This document shows, piece after piece, positions 31,534 to 40,308 of a stretch of 64,000 nucleotides of DNA (positions are counted from its first letter, which is position 1; each line of letters begins with the position of its first letter). Under the pieces are notes generated by a model that saw nothing but the letters and a program-made list of their open reading frames with translations, made no database searches and was not told the origin of the DNA. This DNA comes from a virus. Made by a program: the position numbers and the translations under genes. The DNA lies in the IMG/VR virus record IMGVR_UViG_3300042296_000700, positions 43,128 through 107,127 of that record, one strand, 5' to 3'.

Positions 31534-34500
31534 ATGGCTGCGCTTGAAAGAACAGGAACAAATAGGGAACTGTACAGGATTGGAGATATCGGTCCTGGTG
31601 GTGGGACGATTTTCCTTACCCCAAGTTCAACAGATAACACTACTGGTAAATATTTTGAAGTCGCTCCTCCCACGTGGACGGGGTCACTTGGGAATACGTT
31701 AACGCGAACGAACCTATGTAAAACAAGTTCTTTTGATGGTGGTGTTGGTTTATGGACTGCCAATAGTGGGGCAGTAATCACAACTGATACAAACGAGCAT
31801 CTTGTCAGTGGAAGTTCACTAAAAATTACGTCTTCAACAAGTAATTACAACAACGCCATACATGCCCTGATACCCATTACTGCTGGTCAGAAATATGTTT
31901 ATAGTGCGTACGTAAAAAATGTTGGCGGAAATACGCGACCTGTTTACCTCGCTGTTATTTGGTTTGCATCAAACGGTTCAACTGTTGTAGGAAGCGAAAT
32001 GAACTCTGTTTCTCAGGGAGACCTTGCTATTGCAGACGGCTGGCGGCGCAGATGGGTTGCTGGAACAGCACCAATTGGCTCTGCATTCGCTCGTCTGCAT
32101 ATTTTAAGTGGCACCACGGGTCTGACAACAGCCGACATCACGCGTGCTGACGGTGTTTTGTTTGAACAAAGTTCTTTTTCTTTTTTATATCCGTTTTTTG
32201 ATGGTGTGAAATCATATTTAGATTCGTCAATGGCATATACGGCTTTACCAAACCCTGGTACCGCAGATATTAGAACTCTTACTAATGAGGGTTACAGTAT
32301 TATTCCAGAAACACGAGCGTGGTCTGGCAGTGCATATAACTCGTCATCAACGAGCACATGGATTGGTGGGACAGCAACACCAAAACTTAGAACAAGCAAC
32401 GTTTCTTTAACTGGATACACTTTATATCCTGATATTGGATTAGGGGCGTCACAGACAGATATCATATTTAATTTTGGTTCACAAGAAAATACTGCAGCAT
32501 ATGTTGCAAAACAATATTCTGGCGGTGGTTATACAGACTGGTTTCTTCCATCAACATATGAACTCAAGGCACTCGGTGAGGCGCAATTTGCCACTTATAG
32601 CGTCGGGGTAGTTTCTACCTCTACGACTACATATGCCACTTCTTCTACTTCTTCTTCTATATTGATGAGAAGTTGGGTTGGTAGCACAAGTAGTAATGTG
32701 GGTATTTATGAGCCAGTCAATGTGCGTCCAGTACGAATGTTTTCTGCAACACCGTCAACGCATGTGCAACGTGCAGGTAACGACTCGGTGTATGGGAACG
32801 GATATGACGGCGATGTCACCATTCTTGGTTCAGGACAAATAACTTATCTTTCCAGAGATATGTATTACAACAATTTGGTTATACCATCGCAAACAATGCT
32901 TCACACTAATGGTTACAGAGTTTTTGTTCGTAACAAACTAACTGTTAATGGATACATTGGCGTCAGCAGTGGTTCAAACACGATATTTGGTTTACTTTAT
33001 GGAGAACCAAGCGCAGTTACGTCAAGGACAGTCTCTGGAACGACATCCACGAATGCTATTACATATCGTATTGGCGGCAAGGGTGGGGGCGCTACCGCTG
33101 ATGGTACGAGTCTTCTCCCTACAGGAATTCTGTATTCTTTAGATGTTGCTACTAAAGGTTTGTTCATTGACCCTAATAACAGTCAGTTGACACCTTTGAC
33201 TGGTGGTGCTCTTGGTACGCAAGGAAGTCAAGGAACAACATATCCAGCGTTAACTGATTCTGATACTTGGTCTGGTAAAACTGCTCCTACGTCTTGGCCT
33301 AGCCAGTCTGGTAATGCGGGTAATGCGGGTAATGCGGGTGGTGCTGGTGGAACTGTTGTTGCTGGTGCGTTAGGTGGTGCTGGTGGATATCCACCAAATG
33401 CCCATACTGGCACTGGTACCACTCCTGGTGGAAGAGGCAGTACAGGTAACTCTGGTAATCCGGGTACGGCTGGAAATCCTGGTGCGACAGGCAACTCAGG
33501 AAATCCTGGTACGGCAGGCAACCCTGGTACGGCAACTGGAGCAAATCCGAGTGTAGGTGGTGCTGGAGGTTCGGCTGGGCAAGGTGGCGCTGTCGTTGTT
33601 ATTGCAGCCAAAACTATTACTGGTACTGGAAGAATTGTTTCGCTAGGTATTTCTGGCGCATTAGGTTCTGCTGGAACTACTGGTACTGGTGGTACGGCTG
33701 GTACGGCTGGTACGGCTGGAAACGCAGGTACTACTGGCGCAGCGGGCAATGCTGGTAGTGCTGGCACGGCTGGAAATACTGGAGACGCGGCACCAGGTAT
33801 TAACACAAGTCCATATCATGCTCATCACCGTCTCGGTTCTGGACATATGAATACTCAGTACGCAAATGGCGGAGGGCATGATAGCGAACCTGGCGCGCAT
33901 ATTCCGCATGCTCATCTTTCGCAGGATTATCATGACCAGCATCGCGGCTCGCGACTTCATTTTCATATGCCTCACGGCGGCAATACGGTAAACCATAACC
34001 CTCCTGTAGTTACGAGTAACAAGCCATTGACACATGGACCAGGTACGGTCTTTCATAATCCTTCACACATTCACCATGCAGGTCACACGCACAACCCGCA
34101 TCATGATGCTCCTCACGGACATAACCATCACACACATAGAAACGATGGGGCGACTTTACACAGTCCTCATACTTTCGGACCACACCACGGTGCTGCAAAC
34201 GGGCAGGGCAATGACGGAACTCATGCCTACTACTACTGGGGCGGACATCACGGAACACAACATGCAGGCGGACCTCACACCCATGGGTCGGCAGGCAAAC
34301 ATATCGGGTCACCCCACACTGGTACTCATTATGCAGGAGGTGCTGGTGGCGCAGGCGGACCCGCTGGCATTGCTGGAACGGCAGGAACAGGTGGTACGGG
34401 GGGCACAGGGGGTCTCGCTGGACCAGGAGGCACTGCGGCACCCGCACAACCTCAGGGCGGCACAGGTAAGCGTGGGGGTGCAGGCGGTGGAGGAGGTATC

Positions 34501-34623
34501 ATTGTGATAACCGATAGCACCTCATTGGGAAGCGTAACTACCGACGTTACTGCTGGTGCAACTCAAGACTCAGATTTCAACACAGCCTCTTCAGGGTTTG
34601 TATACTTAATTCAGAACACATAG
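31534..34623 (+). CDS. Multidomain fibre/adhesin: Lcl/DUF1566-like + CBM-like + Gly-X-X repeats + His-rich insert
   Basis: IGDIGPGGGTIF...GYTDWFLPS..EL...VRPVR; long GXX runs; about 41 His in 174 aa; start placed at ATG 31534. Confidence 0.7.
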   Translation: MAALERTGTNRELYRIGDIGPGGGTIFLTPSSTDNTTGKYFEVAPPTWTGSLGNTLTRTNLCKTSSFDGGVGLWTANSGAVITTDTNEHLVSGSSLKITSSTSNYNNAIHALIPITAGQKYVYSAYVKNVGGNTRPVYLAVIWFASNGSTVVGSEMNSVSQGDLAIADGWRRRWVAGTAPIGSAFARLHILSGTTGLTTADITRADGVLFEQSSFSFLYPFFDGVKSYLDSSMAYTALPNPGTADIRTLTNEGYSIIPETRAWSGSAYNSSSTSTWIGGTATPKLRTSNVSLTGYTLYPDIGLGASQTDIIFNFGSQENTAAYVAKQYSGGGYTDWFLPSTYELKALGEAQFATYSVGVVSTSTTTYATSSTSSSILMRSWVGSTSSNVGIYEPVNVRPVRMFSATPSTHVQRAGNDSVYGNGYDGDVTILGSGQITYLSRDMYYNNLVIPSQTMLHTNGYRVFVRNKLTVNGYIGVSSGSNTIFGLLYGEPSAVTSRTVSGTTSTNAITYRIGGKGGGATADGTSLLPTGILYSLDVATKGLFIDPNNSQLTPLTGGALGTQGSQGTTYPALTDSDTWSGKTAPTSWPSQSGNAGNAGNAGGAGGTVVAGALGGAGGYPPNAHTGTGTTPGGRGSTGNSGNPGTAGNPGATGNSGNPGTAGNPGTATGANPSVGGAGGSAGQGGAVVVIAAKTITGTGRIVSLGISGALGSAGTTGTGGTAGTAGTAGNAGTTGAAGNAGSAGTAGNTGDAAPGINTSPYHAHHRLGSGHMNTQYANGGGHDSEPGAHIPHAHLSQDYHDQHRGSRLHFHMPHGGNTVNHNPPVVTSNKPLTHGPGTVFHNPSHIHHAGHTHNPHHDAPHGHNHHTHRNDGATLHSPHTFGPHHGAANGQGNDGTHAYYYWGGHHGTQHAGGPHTHGSAGKHIGSPHTGTHYAGGAGGAGGPAGIAGTAGTGGTGGTGGLAGPGGTAAPAQPQGGTGKRGGAGGGGGIIVITDSTSLGSVTTDVTAGATQDSDFNTASSGFVYLIQNT

Positions 34624-34631
34624 GAGAAAAA

Positions 34632-34874
34632 ATGCCTTTATTTGACGAAATTGACACTAAGCAGCGTCTACAGATTTTGCGTGGAACTTACAAATCTTTA
34701 GAAATTGAACTTTTTGAAGTTTTAACACGTCTGGGAATTGATGTTGATGACTACACTTATGGTGAGCATCCAGAATTTGCTGATTCAGAAGATAACTGGA
34801 ATAAACGTCGCGTTATTGAACTAGAAGCAACTTTGGCTACAATTAAGGCAAAGATTGACTCGCTGGCGGCATAA
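34632..34874 (+). CDS. Small helical hypothetical protein
   Basis: AGGAG RBS; C-terminal coiled coil. Confidence 0.6.
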   Translation: MPLFDEIDTKQRLQILRGTYKSLEIELFEVLTRLGIDVDDYTYGEHPEFADSEDNWNKRRVIELEATLATIKAKIDSLAA

Positions 34875-34877
34875 GTA

Positions 34878-35297
34878 ATGCAAAGAGTCTTCTATGTGCC
34901 TGCATCAACACCAATTACTGCTGAACTAAGCGAGCAAGCGGAATTGCTTGCTCTATCTGTGCTGCATGGTGAAAGTGCTTTATCGCGTTATGTTGACTTT
35001 GACCGCGACATTGCGCAGCCTATTTCTTTGCCATCCGAAAAAATATGCCTTTTCGCTAACGAAGTCCCAATAATGCTTCATCAAAGCATTGAGGTAACTA
35101 ATGATTTTGTTGATATGCGTGACGGCGTAACCCTTGTTTTGAATGGTAAAAAAATTATTGAGCCGTTGATACTTGAAAAACACTACGCTCGTTATGCCAT
35201 TGAGTGCACTGGATACGGTGTTCAAGTGTTTGACATATTTGATAAATCTATGCGAATTTTAGAACACGGGGAGTATTATGTCGTTAACCCTGAGTAA
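34878..35297 (+). CDS. Hypothetical protein
   Basis: ORF within the operon. Confidence 0.55.
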   Translation: MQRVFYVPASTPITAELSEQAELLALSVLHGESALSRYVDFDRDIAQPISLPSEKICLFANEVPIMLHQSIEVTNDFVDMRDGVTLVLNGKKIIEPLILEKHYARYAIECTGYGVQVFDIFDKSMRILEHGEYYVVNPE

Positions 35298-35865
35298 ACC
35301 AGCGCCATGTATTTTTGTTTACGAAAATGCTTTGACCGATGGCGAAAAGTTTATTTCAATGCTTGAAGAGCAAACCAATGACGAATGGTCACCACTGTCT
35401 TGGGATTATTCAAAAACTGGTTCAGGACAAATCAGTGAGTACCGCTCATCGCGCATATGTTCACTGTTGGACATTACACGCCCCTGTCCAAGTACGCCAA
35501 TCTCAGATTTGTTAAATAAATCTATTCTCAAAGATATAGATACGTGCCTTAGTGATTACAGCACATATCACGGGATTACTGCGTTTATCGGCAATGAAGG
35601 TTGGATTGTTCTCAAATATGAGGGTCAAGCGCAATATCGCACCCACTGGGACCACGCACCAGATAACGCCAGAACAGTTTCTATTGTGGCATTCCCTTAC
35701 TCAACAACCAAGGTTGGCGGAGAACTAACATTCCCGCATTTCGGGATAACAATTAAACCCAAAACTGGTTCAGTAGTTATATTTCCATCTAATTTCCCCT
35801 ACACGCATACGGCGCATCCAGTTGAAGATGGTGTCAAGTATTCACTTGTTACGTGGTTGAGGTAG
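35278..35865 (+). CDS. 2OG-Fe(II) oxygenase, prolyl-4-hydroxylase-like
   Basis: YRTHWD (HxD), GGELTFP, FPSNFPYTH.A.PV.DG.KYSLVTW. Confidence 0.9.
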   Translation: MSLTLSKPAPCIFVYENALTDGEKFISMLEEQTNDEWSPLSWDYSKTGSGQISEYRSSRICSLLDITRPCPSTPISDLLNKSILKDIDTCLSDYSTYHGITAFIGNEGWIVLKYEGQAQYRTHWDHAPDNARTVSIVAFPYSTTKVGGELTFPHFGITIKPKTGSVVIFPSNFPYTHTAHPVEDGVKYSLVTWLR

Positions 35866-35867
35866 AG

Positions 35868-36128
35868 ATGGAATACGAAAACATTCCAAATGAAAGATTT
35901 GCATGGCTCGGCATTGCACCGCCACCAGATGGTGTTGTTGTTCCAGAAGATAATCCCGTCCCAATTGTTAAGGACATATTGCCACCTAATCAAGTGACTG
36001 GCGCAGACGAAGGTCTTGGTATATTCAGGTGGCTTATGGCAGACGAAGATGAGCGACAAGACACATTGTCAGGGTGTAGATTGCTTGACAACTTCGTTTA
36101 TATGCAAATACCAAAGGAAGACGATTGA
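35868..36128 (+). CDS. Hypothetical protein
   Basis: ORF within the operon. Confidence 0.5.
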   Translation: MEYENIPNERFAWLGIAPPPDGVVVPEDNPVPIVKDILPPNQVTGADEGLGIFRWLMADEDERQDTLSGCRLLDNFVYMQIPKEDD

Positions 36129-36358
36129 TGGCTATAACATTTGACTACTCTGATAGTAACAATCATATTCAGGCTTTAACGGCACAGGTTAAAACTTTGA
36201 TTGATGTTGACTACGATTTTGTTGACGCTAACAACGTTGAGGCTTTTAGGGTTGCTGCAAAAGCAGTGAATGAACCAGTGCGCAGTAAATTGCTTCACAT
36301 GCTCAACTTTATTGTTTTTAATAGTCAAGTAAATAGCGTGTATGGAGATAAACAATGA
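36128..36358 (+). CDS. Hypothetical protein
   Basis: ORF within the operon. Confidence 0.5.
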   Translation: MAITFDYSDSNNHIQALTAQVKTLIDVDYDFVDANNVEAFRVAAKAVNEPVRSKLLHMLNFIVFNSQVNSVYGDKQ

Positions 36359-37098
36359 GTGAGATTAATATTGTCACAGTCGGGAATGCGACTCATCGCA
36401 TAAGTTCATTTTCGTGTCCTCCACAGTTGCCCTCTATTATTGAGTTCAAGGATTTTAGTCGTGCTATCTATTCTCGGTTGACAGAATCAGATAAATTTGA
36501 TTTACGTACTTCTTCACGTTCTGAAGAGTTTCTTGCTTATGGTTTGGTAGGAGCCCCTGGTGGCGAGGACATTGCCCCAGTTGTTTGGAGTTCACATGGG
36601 CAAGCAGAAATGTATGGACGGCTATGTGGGGCAAAGGACGTTTTTATACATAGCGTTCCGTACGCTATTTATTTTGCTGCCCATAACTACGAAAATGTTT
36701 ATGTTCTAAATTGTGCTTCAACACTTATTGCGGGTTCGCATGATACTGCGAGTGATGCAGATATCACAAATGTAACAACACTTTCATGGGACGATGCTTA
36801 CAACAATATGCCCGAACTTGATATGGCTGTTGTGATGTATTCACATATCTGTGCCGACGATTCCTTATTTGATGCAATCATGAACGCTATGAAGCCAAAC
36901 GGAGTAGTTATCATCCACAACTCAAGCAATGGTGGTGCCCTGTATGAGGTACTTGGAGACAAGAAGCCTCTAGATATGGCTGCACAGGTTTCTCTTTCCG
37001 CTCTGCTACACAAAAAGATTCTTGACAGAGGCGATTTTTTGACGCAACATTTTCAGGGCTGGGTTTCTCACACTGTCTGCGTTAAACTGCCATCATGA
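36355..37098 (+). CDS. Divergent class I SAM-methyltransferase-like protein
   Basis: C-terminal ELDMAVV...AMKPNGVVIIHN pattern; the motif I glycine loop is not clear. Confidence 0.4.
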   Translation: MSEINIVTVGNATHRISSFSCPPQLPSIIEFKDFSRAIYSRLTESDKFDLRTSSRSEEFLAYGLVGAPGGEDIAPVVWSSHGQAEMYGRLCGAKDVFIHSVPYAIYFAAHNYENVYVLNCASTLIAGSHDTASDADITNVTTLSWDDAYNNMPELDMAVVMYSHICADDSLFDAIMNAMKPNGVVIIHNSSNGGALYEVLGDKKPLDMAAQVSLSALLHKKILDRGDFLTQHFQGWVSHTVCVKLPS

Positions 37099-38585
37099 CT
37101 AACGAACACGAACCTATAAGTTTTGGGATTGTTGGCTCTGGTACGGCAGGGCTAATTTCTGCAATCATGCTCAGGCAGGCATTTCCGTTATCTAAAGTAA
37201 CGATTATTTCCTCAAGTACAATCGGCATCATTGGGGTCGGAGAAGGAAGCACTGAACATTGGCGCGAATTTATGAATTTGTGCGATATTCCGCTTGAACA
37301 GATGTTAGTGAAAACAGCCGCTACACATAAATACGGTATTCGTTTTGAAGGTTGGTCAGGTTCGTTCCCTGATTATTTTCATAGTGTTTCTGGCGATGAA
37401 CAACTTTACGGGTGGGGTCATTACCCGACATATGCGGGCATTCTTGAGAATGGCGACTCATTAACGAGCCAGACGAGCAGTATTGGTTTAATTCAAAACA
37501 AAATTAAACGCGAGAATTTACATTCCAATACTAACCAATACCATTTTGACACTTTCAAACTTAATAACTATTTTACCGAACTATGCTTTAAGCGTTCCAT
37601 CAAAATGATTGATGGTCAAGTTACCGATGTTAAGCGCCACAGTGAAACAGGAAACATCTCTAGCGTACTTCTTGATAACGGAAGTTCTGTAGAAGCAGAC
37701 CTTTGGATTGACGCAAGTGGATTCTCCCGTGTATTAATGAACAAACTAGATGCTTCTAATTGGAATTCATTCTCTGACTACCTCCTCGTTGATTCTGCAA
37801 TAGCCGCCCCATCCGAATCATCATCAGACGGAATACGTCCATACACGAGAGCAATAGCCAAAGATGCTGGATGGATATGGGAAATCCCAACACAAGAACG
37901 GCGTGGAAATGGATACGTTTACTCATCGCAGTTTGTTTCTGACGATGAGGCTATTGCAACTTTAGAGAAACAAATCGGACCGCTATCTATTGCTCCACGA
38001 ACATTCAAATTTGATGCAGGTCATGTTAAGGAAGTTTGGGTCAAGAATTGTATGGCTATCGGTTTGGCTGCTGCTTTTGTTGAACCGCTAGAAGCAACAT
38101 CAATTGGTAGTGCAATTCAGCAAATAAAATATGCAATACCGTATTTTGCGTCATTTGAGCAAAAACATACGGCATCGCAAAAGCATTACAACAAACTGTT
38201 CACAACAATGATGGATAACATTTTGACGATGATTCGCCTTCATTACATATCGGATAGGCGTGATACTCCATTCTGGACTGCTTCTTCTGAAATGAAAATT
38301 AATGACTCGCTTCAAGAACTTCTTGACCTTTGGCAAGAGAGAGTTCCATGTCGTAATGACGTAGGAACAATCAATGGGGAGATGTTCCATGCACCTCACT
38401 TATTCCACGTTGCACAAGGACAAGGTGTTTTAAATAGTCGCGCAGCAACCTTGATGATTGACAATTTTAATCTTCGCAAACAAGTGGAGTTAGATATTTC
38501 AAATCGTCGCCATGCCCGTTTTAATCATGAGTTGGTTGACCATCGTGAATCGCTTGATATGCAATTTGAGGACAAACTACTGTGA
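37095..38585 (+). CDS. Flavin-dependent halogenase (tryptophan halogenase/PrnA family)
   Basis: GSGTAG FAD motif, VGEGST, ATHKYGIRF catalytic Lys, GWIWEIP (WxWxIP), FVEPLEAT. Confidence 0.92.
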   Translation: MTNEHEPISFGIVGSGTAGLISAIMLRQAFPLSKVTIISSSTIGIIGVGEGSTEHWREFMNLCDIPLEQMLVKTAATHKYGIRFEGWSGSFPDYFHSVSGDEQLYGWGHYPTYAGILENGDSLTSQTSSIGLIQNKIKRENLHSNTNQYHFDTFKLNNYFTELCFKRSIKMIDGQVTDVKRHSETGNISSVLLDNGSSVEADLWIDASGFSRVLMNKLDASNWNSFSDYLLVDSAIAAPSESSSDGIRPYTRAIAKDAGWIWEIPTQERRGNGYVYSSQFVSDDEAIATLEKQIGPLSIAPRTFKFDAGHVKEVWVKNCMAIGLAAAFVEPLEATSIGSAIQQIKYAIPYFASFEQKHTASQKHYNKLFTTMMDNILTMIRLHYISDRRDTPFWTASSEMKINDSLQELLDLWQERVPCRNDVGTINGEMFHAPHLFHVAQGQGVLNSRAATLMIDNFNLRKQVELDISNRRHARFNHELVDHRESLDMQFEDKLL

Positions 38586-39388
38586 GCCTGCGGAAAATTG
38601 ATAAGTATAGCGATATTAAAGTTCCTGAGGGAAAGATTGTTATTGTCCCTTGGGATAACCGTCTCCTTGAACTGCCTCCTTATTCTAACGATAGGGCTCC
38701 AGTTCCTCAGTGGATTAAAGATTCTCCTAGCACGCAAGGTTCAATTAGGCGCTGTGCAGCAACAATGGATTTTGTTTCTTCTGGCATAACAATCCCTGCT
38801 TGGACAAACTTTCGTTTTAACAAAACCGAAGGTGAAGATTCATGGGATTTTACTTGCGACCAGTTTGATGGCTTTGGGGCACATGAACATTTTGTGAATC
38901 AACCGTTTGCTTTTGAGCAAACAGGCTCATGTCCTATGACTAAAGTGCGGGCGATGGAAAATGTGGGGTACCCAAAGTTGGTTAACCCTTTTAGAATCAT
39001 TACTGCACCAGGTTGGTCAACAATGATTTTGCCAGTTCTTTATGAGCCATCACGACATTTTTCTGTATTACCAGGCATTGTAAACACCGACTATTATCAT
39101 GAATCAAACTGTGTGCTTAATTTGCTTGGCAAAGAGTCATTCACTATCCCGTGGGGCGCACCCTTGATGCATCTAATTCCAATTAAAAGAAGCACGATGG
39201 CGCACAGTATTGAATTCCTTGATGAAAGTGCATTCAAGTATGTTGTTGGGCGCGGATTTGGTTCTGGTGCTTTAAAACCCACTGGGGATGGATGGTCTTC
39301 TGCTCGTCTTTATCGCGGTTATAGGTTTAGGCGCGATGCAGAACTCGCTGAAGATAGCCAGAAAAAAAAGTGGTGGAAAACTAAATGA
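38582..39388 (+). CDS. Conserved phage protein associated with oxygenase clusters (DUF6065-like)
   Basis: C...D...G..IP.W, K..NPF.I.T.PGWS, LPGIVNTDYY, G.PL.H.IP.KR. Confidence 0.55.
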   Translation: MSLRKIDKYSDIKVPEGKIVIVPWDNRLLELPPYSNDRAPVPQWIKDSPSTQGSIRRCAATMDFVSSGITIPAWTNFRFNKTEGEDSWDFTCDQFDGFGAHEHFVNQPFAFEQTGSCPMTKVRAMENVGYPKLVNPFRIITAPGWSTMILPVLYEPSRHFSVLPGIVNTDYYHESNCVLNLLGKESFTIPWGAPLMHLIPIKRSTMAHSIEFLDESAFKYVVGRGFGSGALKPTGDGWSSARLYRGYRFRRDAELAEDSQKKKWWKTK

Positions 39389-40080
39389 TTTTCCCTTCTG
39401 GCGTTGGTGGCGCTATTGCTTACAAAGATAATGTTTTAAGCGATTCGTTGTGCGCTGACATTATTGAATATGCGGAAACACACAGCAGCATGATGTACGA
39501 AGGTCCAACTATTAGTGGAATTAACAAGCATATAAAGAATTGTTACGATTTTTCTTTGTCGTATTACAGTGACCATGCAGAAACTGATGAGCAGCGAAAA
39601 GAATTGGCTGCTCTTAATGATTTGGTGTTTGAATCTTTTTCTCCTGCATTGGAAGAATATTGCTCATACTACGAAGGCTTAAATAACTGGACTAACAGAT
39701 ACGACACTGGATATCAATTTCAAAAATATGCCGCCAATGAAGGGTTCTACAAGCCTCATTGTGATGGCGGAGTATATGAGGCTGAGGGTCTTGGAAATCG
39801 GGTACTTGGTGTCGTCATGTATCTGAACACCGTAACCAAAGGTGGGGGGACAAACTTTCCGCTGCATGAAGTTACTGTTGATTCTGTTTGTGGACGTATT
39901 TCGTTTTTCCCTGCTAACTTCACGCATCCTCATGCTGGGTTGATGCCGCTGTCTTCTCCCAAGTACATTATTAGTACTTTTTGCTATACGGTTCCGAGTG
40001 CCCCTAGTGTGGATACTGCGGTTGCGGAACTTGCTTTGAACTATGATGAGCAGTTCAAGCAGACGCCAGATGCATTATAA
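39385..40080 (+). CDS. 2OG-Fe(II) oxygenase, prolyl-4-hydroxylase-like
   Basis: YKPHCD, MYLNTV..GGGT.F, FPANFTHPH.G..P....KYI. Confidence 0.9.
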   Translation: MIFPSGVGGAIAYKDNVLSDSLCADIIEYAETHSSMMYEGPTISGINKHIKNCYDFSLSYYSDHAETDEQRKELAALNDLVFESFSPALEEYCSYYEGLNNWTNRYDTGYQFQKYAANEGFYKPHCDGGVYEAEGLGNRVLGVVMYLNTVTKGGGTNFPLHEVTVDSVCGRISFFPANFTHPHAGLMPLSSPKYIISTFCYTVPSAPSVDTAVAELALNYDEQFKQTPDAL

Positions 40081-40122
40081 TTTTATTCCTTAACAACAAA
40101 CACCTAACTACGGAGTGGTAAA

Positions 40123-40305
40123 ATGACAGAACAACTTAATCCCCAAATCATTATTGATGAGTTGGTAAAGCGAGTCAATTCCTTGACGATTGAAAACGTC
40201 GTGTTGTCGGCACGAGTACAAATGCTGGCAGACCTCGTTAATTCGCTTAACCATTCACACGATGACGAGGTGGTTTCGGTAATTGGAGAACCAACGGAGG
40301 ACTAA
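40123..40305 (+). CDS. Small coiled-coil protein
   Basis: GGAG RBS; L..RVNSLT.ENVVL.A heptads. Confidence 0.6.
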   Translation: MTEQLNPQIIIDELVKRVNSLTIENVVLSARVQMLADLVNSLNHSHDDEVVSVIGEPTED

Positions 40306-40308
40306 CAA

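Noticed and set aside
31534-32760. Active diversity-generating retroelement
   Set aside because: Lcl-like domain present, but no reverse transcriptase and no adenine-variant repeat pair seen in the window
33290-33790. Definite collagen triple helix
   Set aside because: GXX runs are Pro-poor and interrupted; a polyglycine-II bundle is equally plausible, so left unresolved
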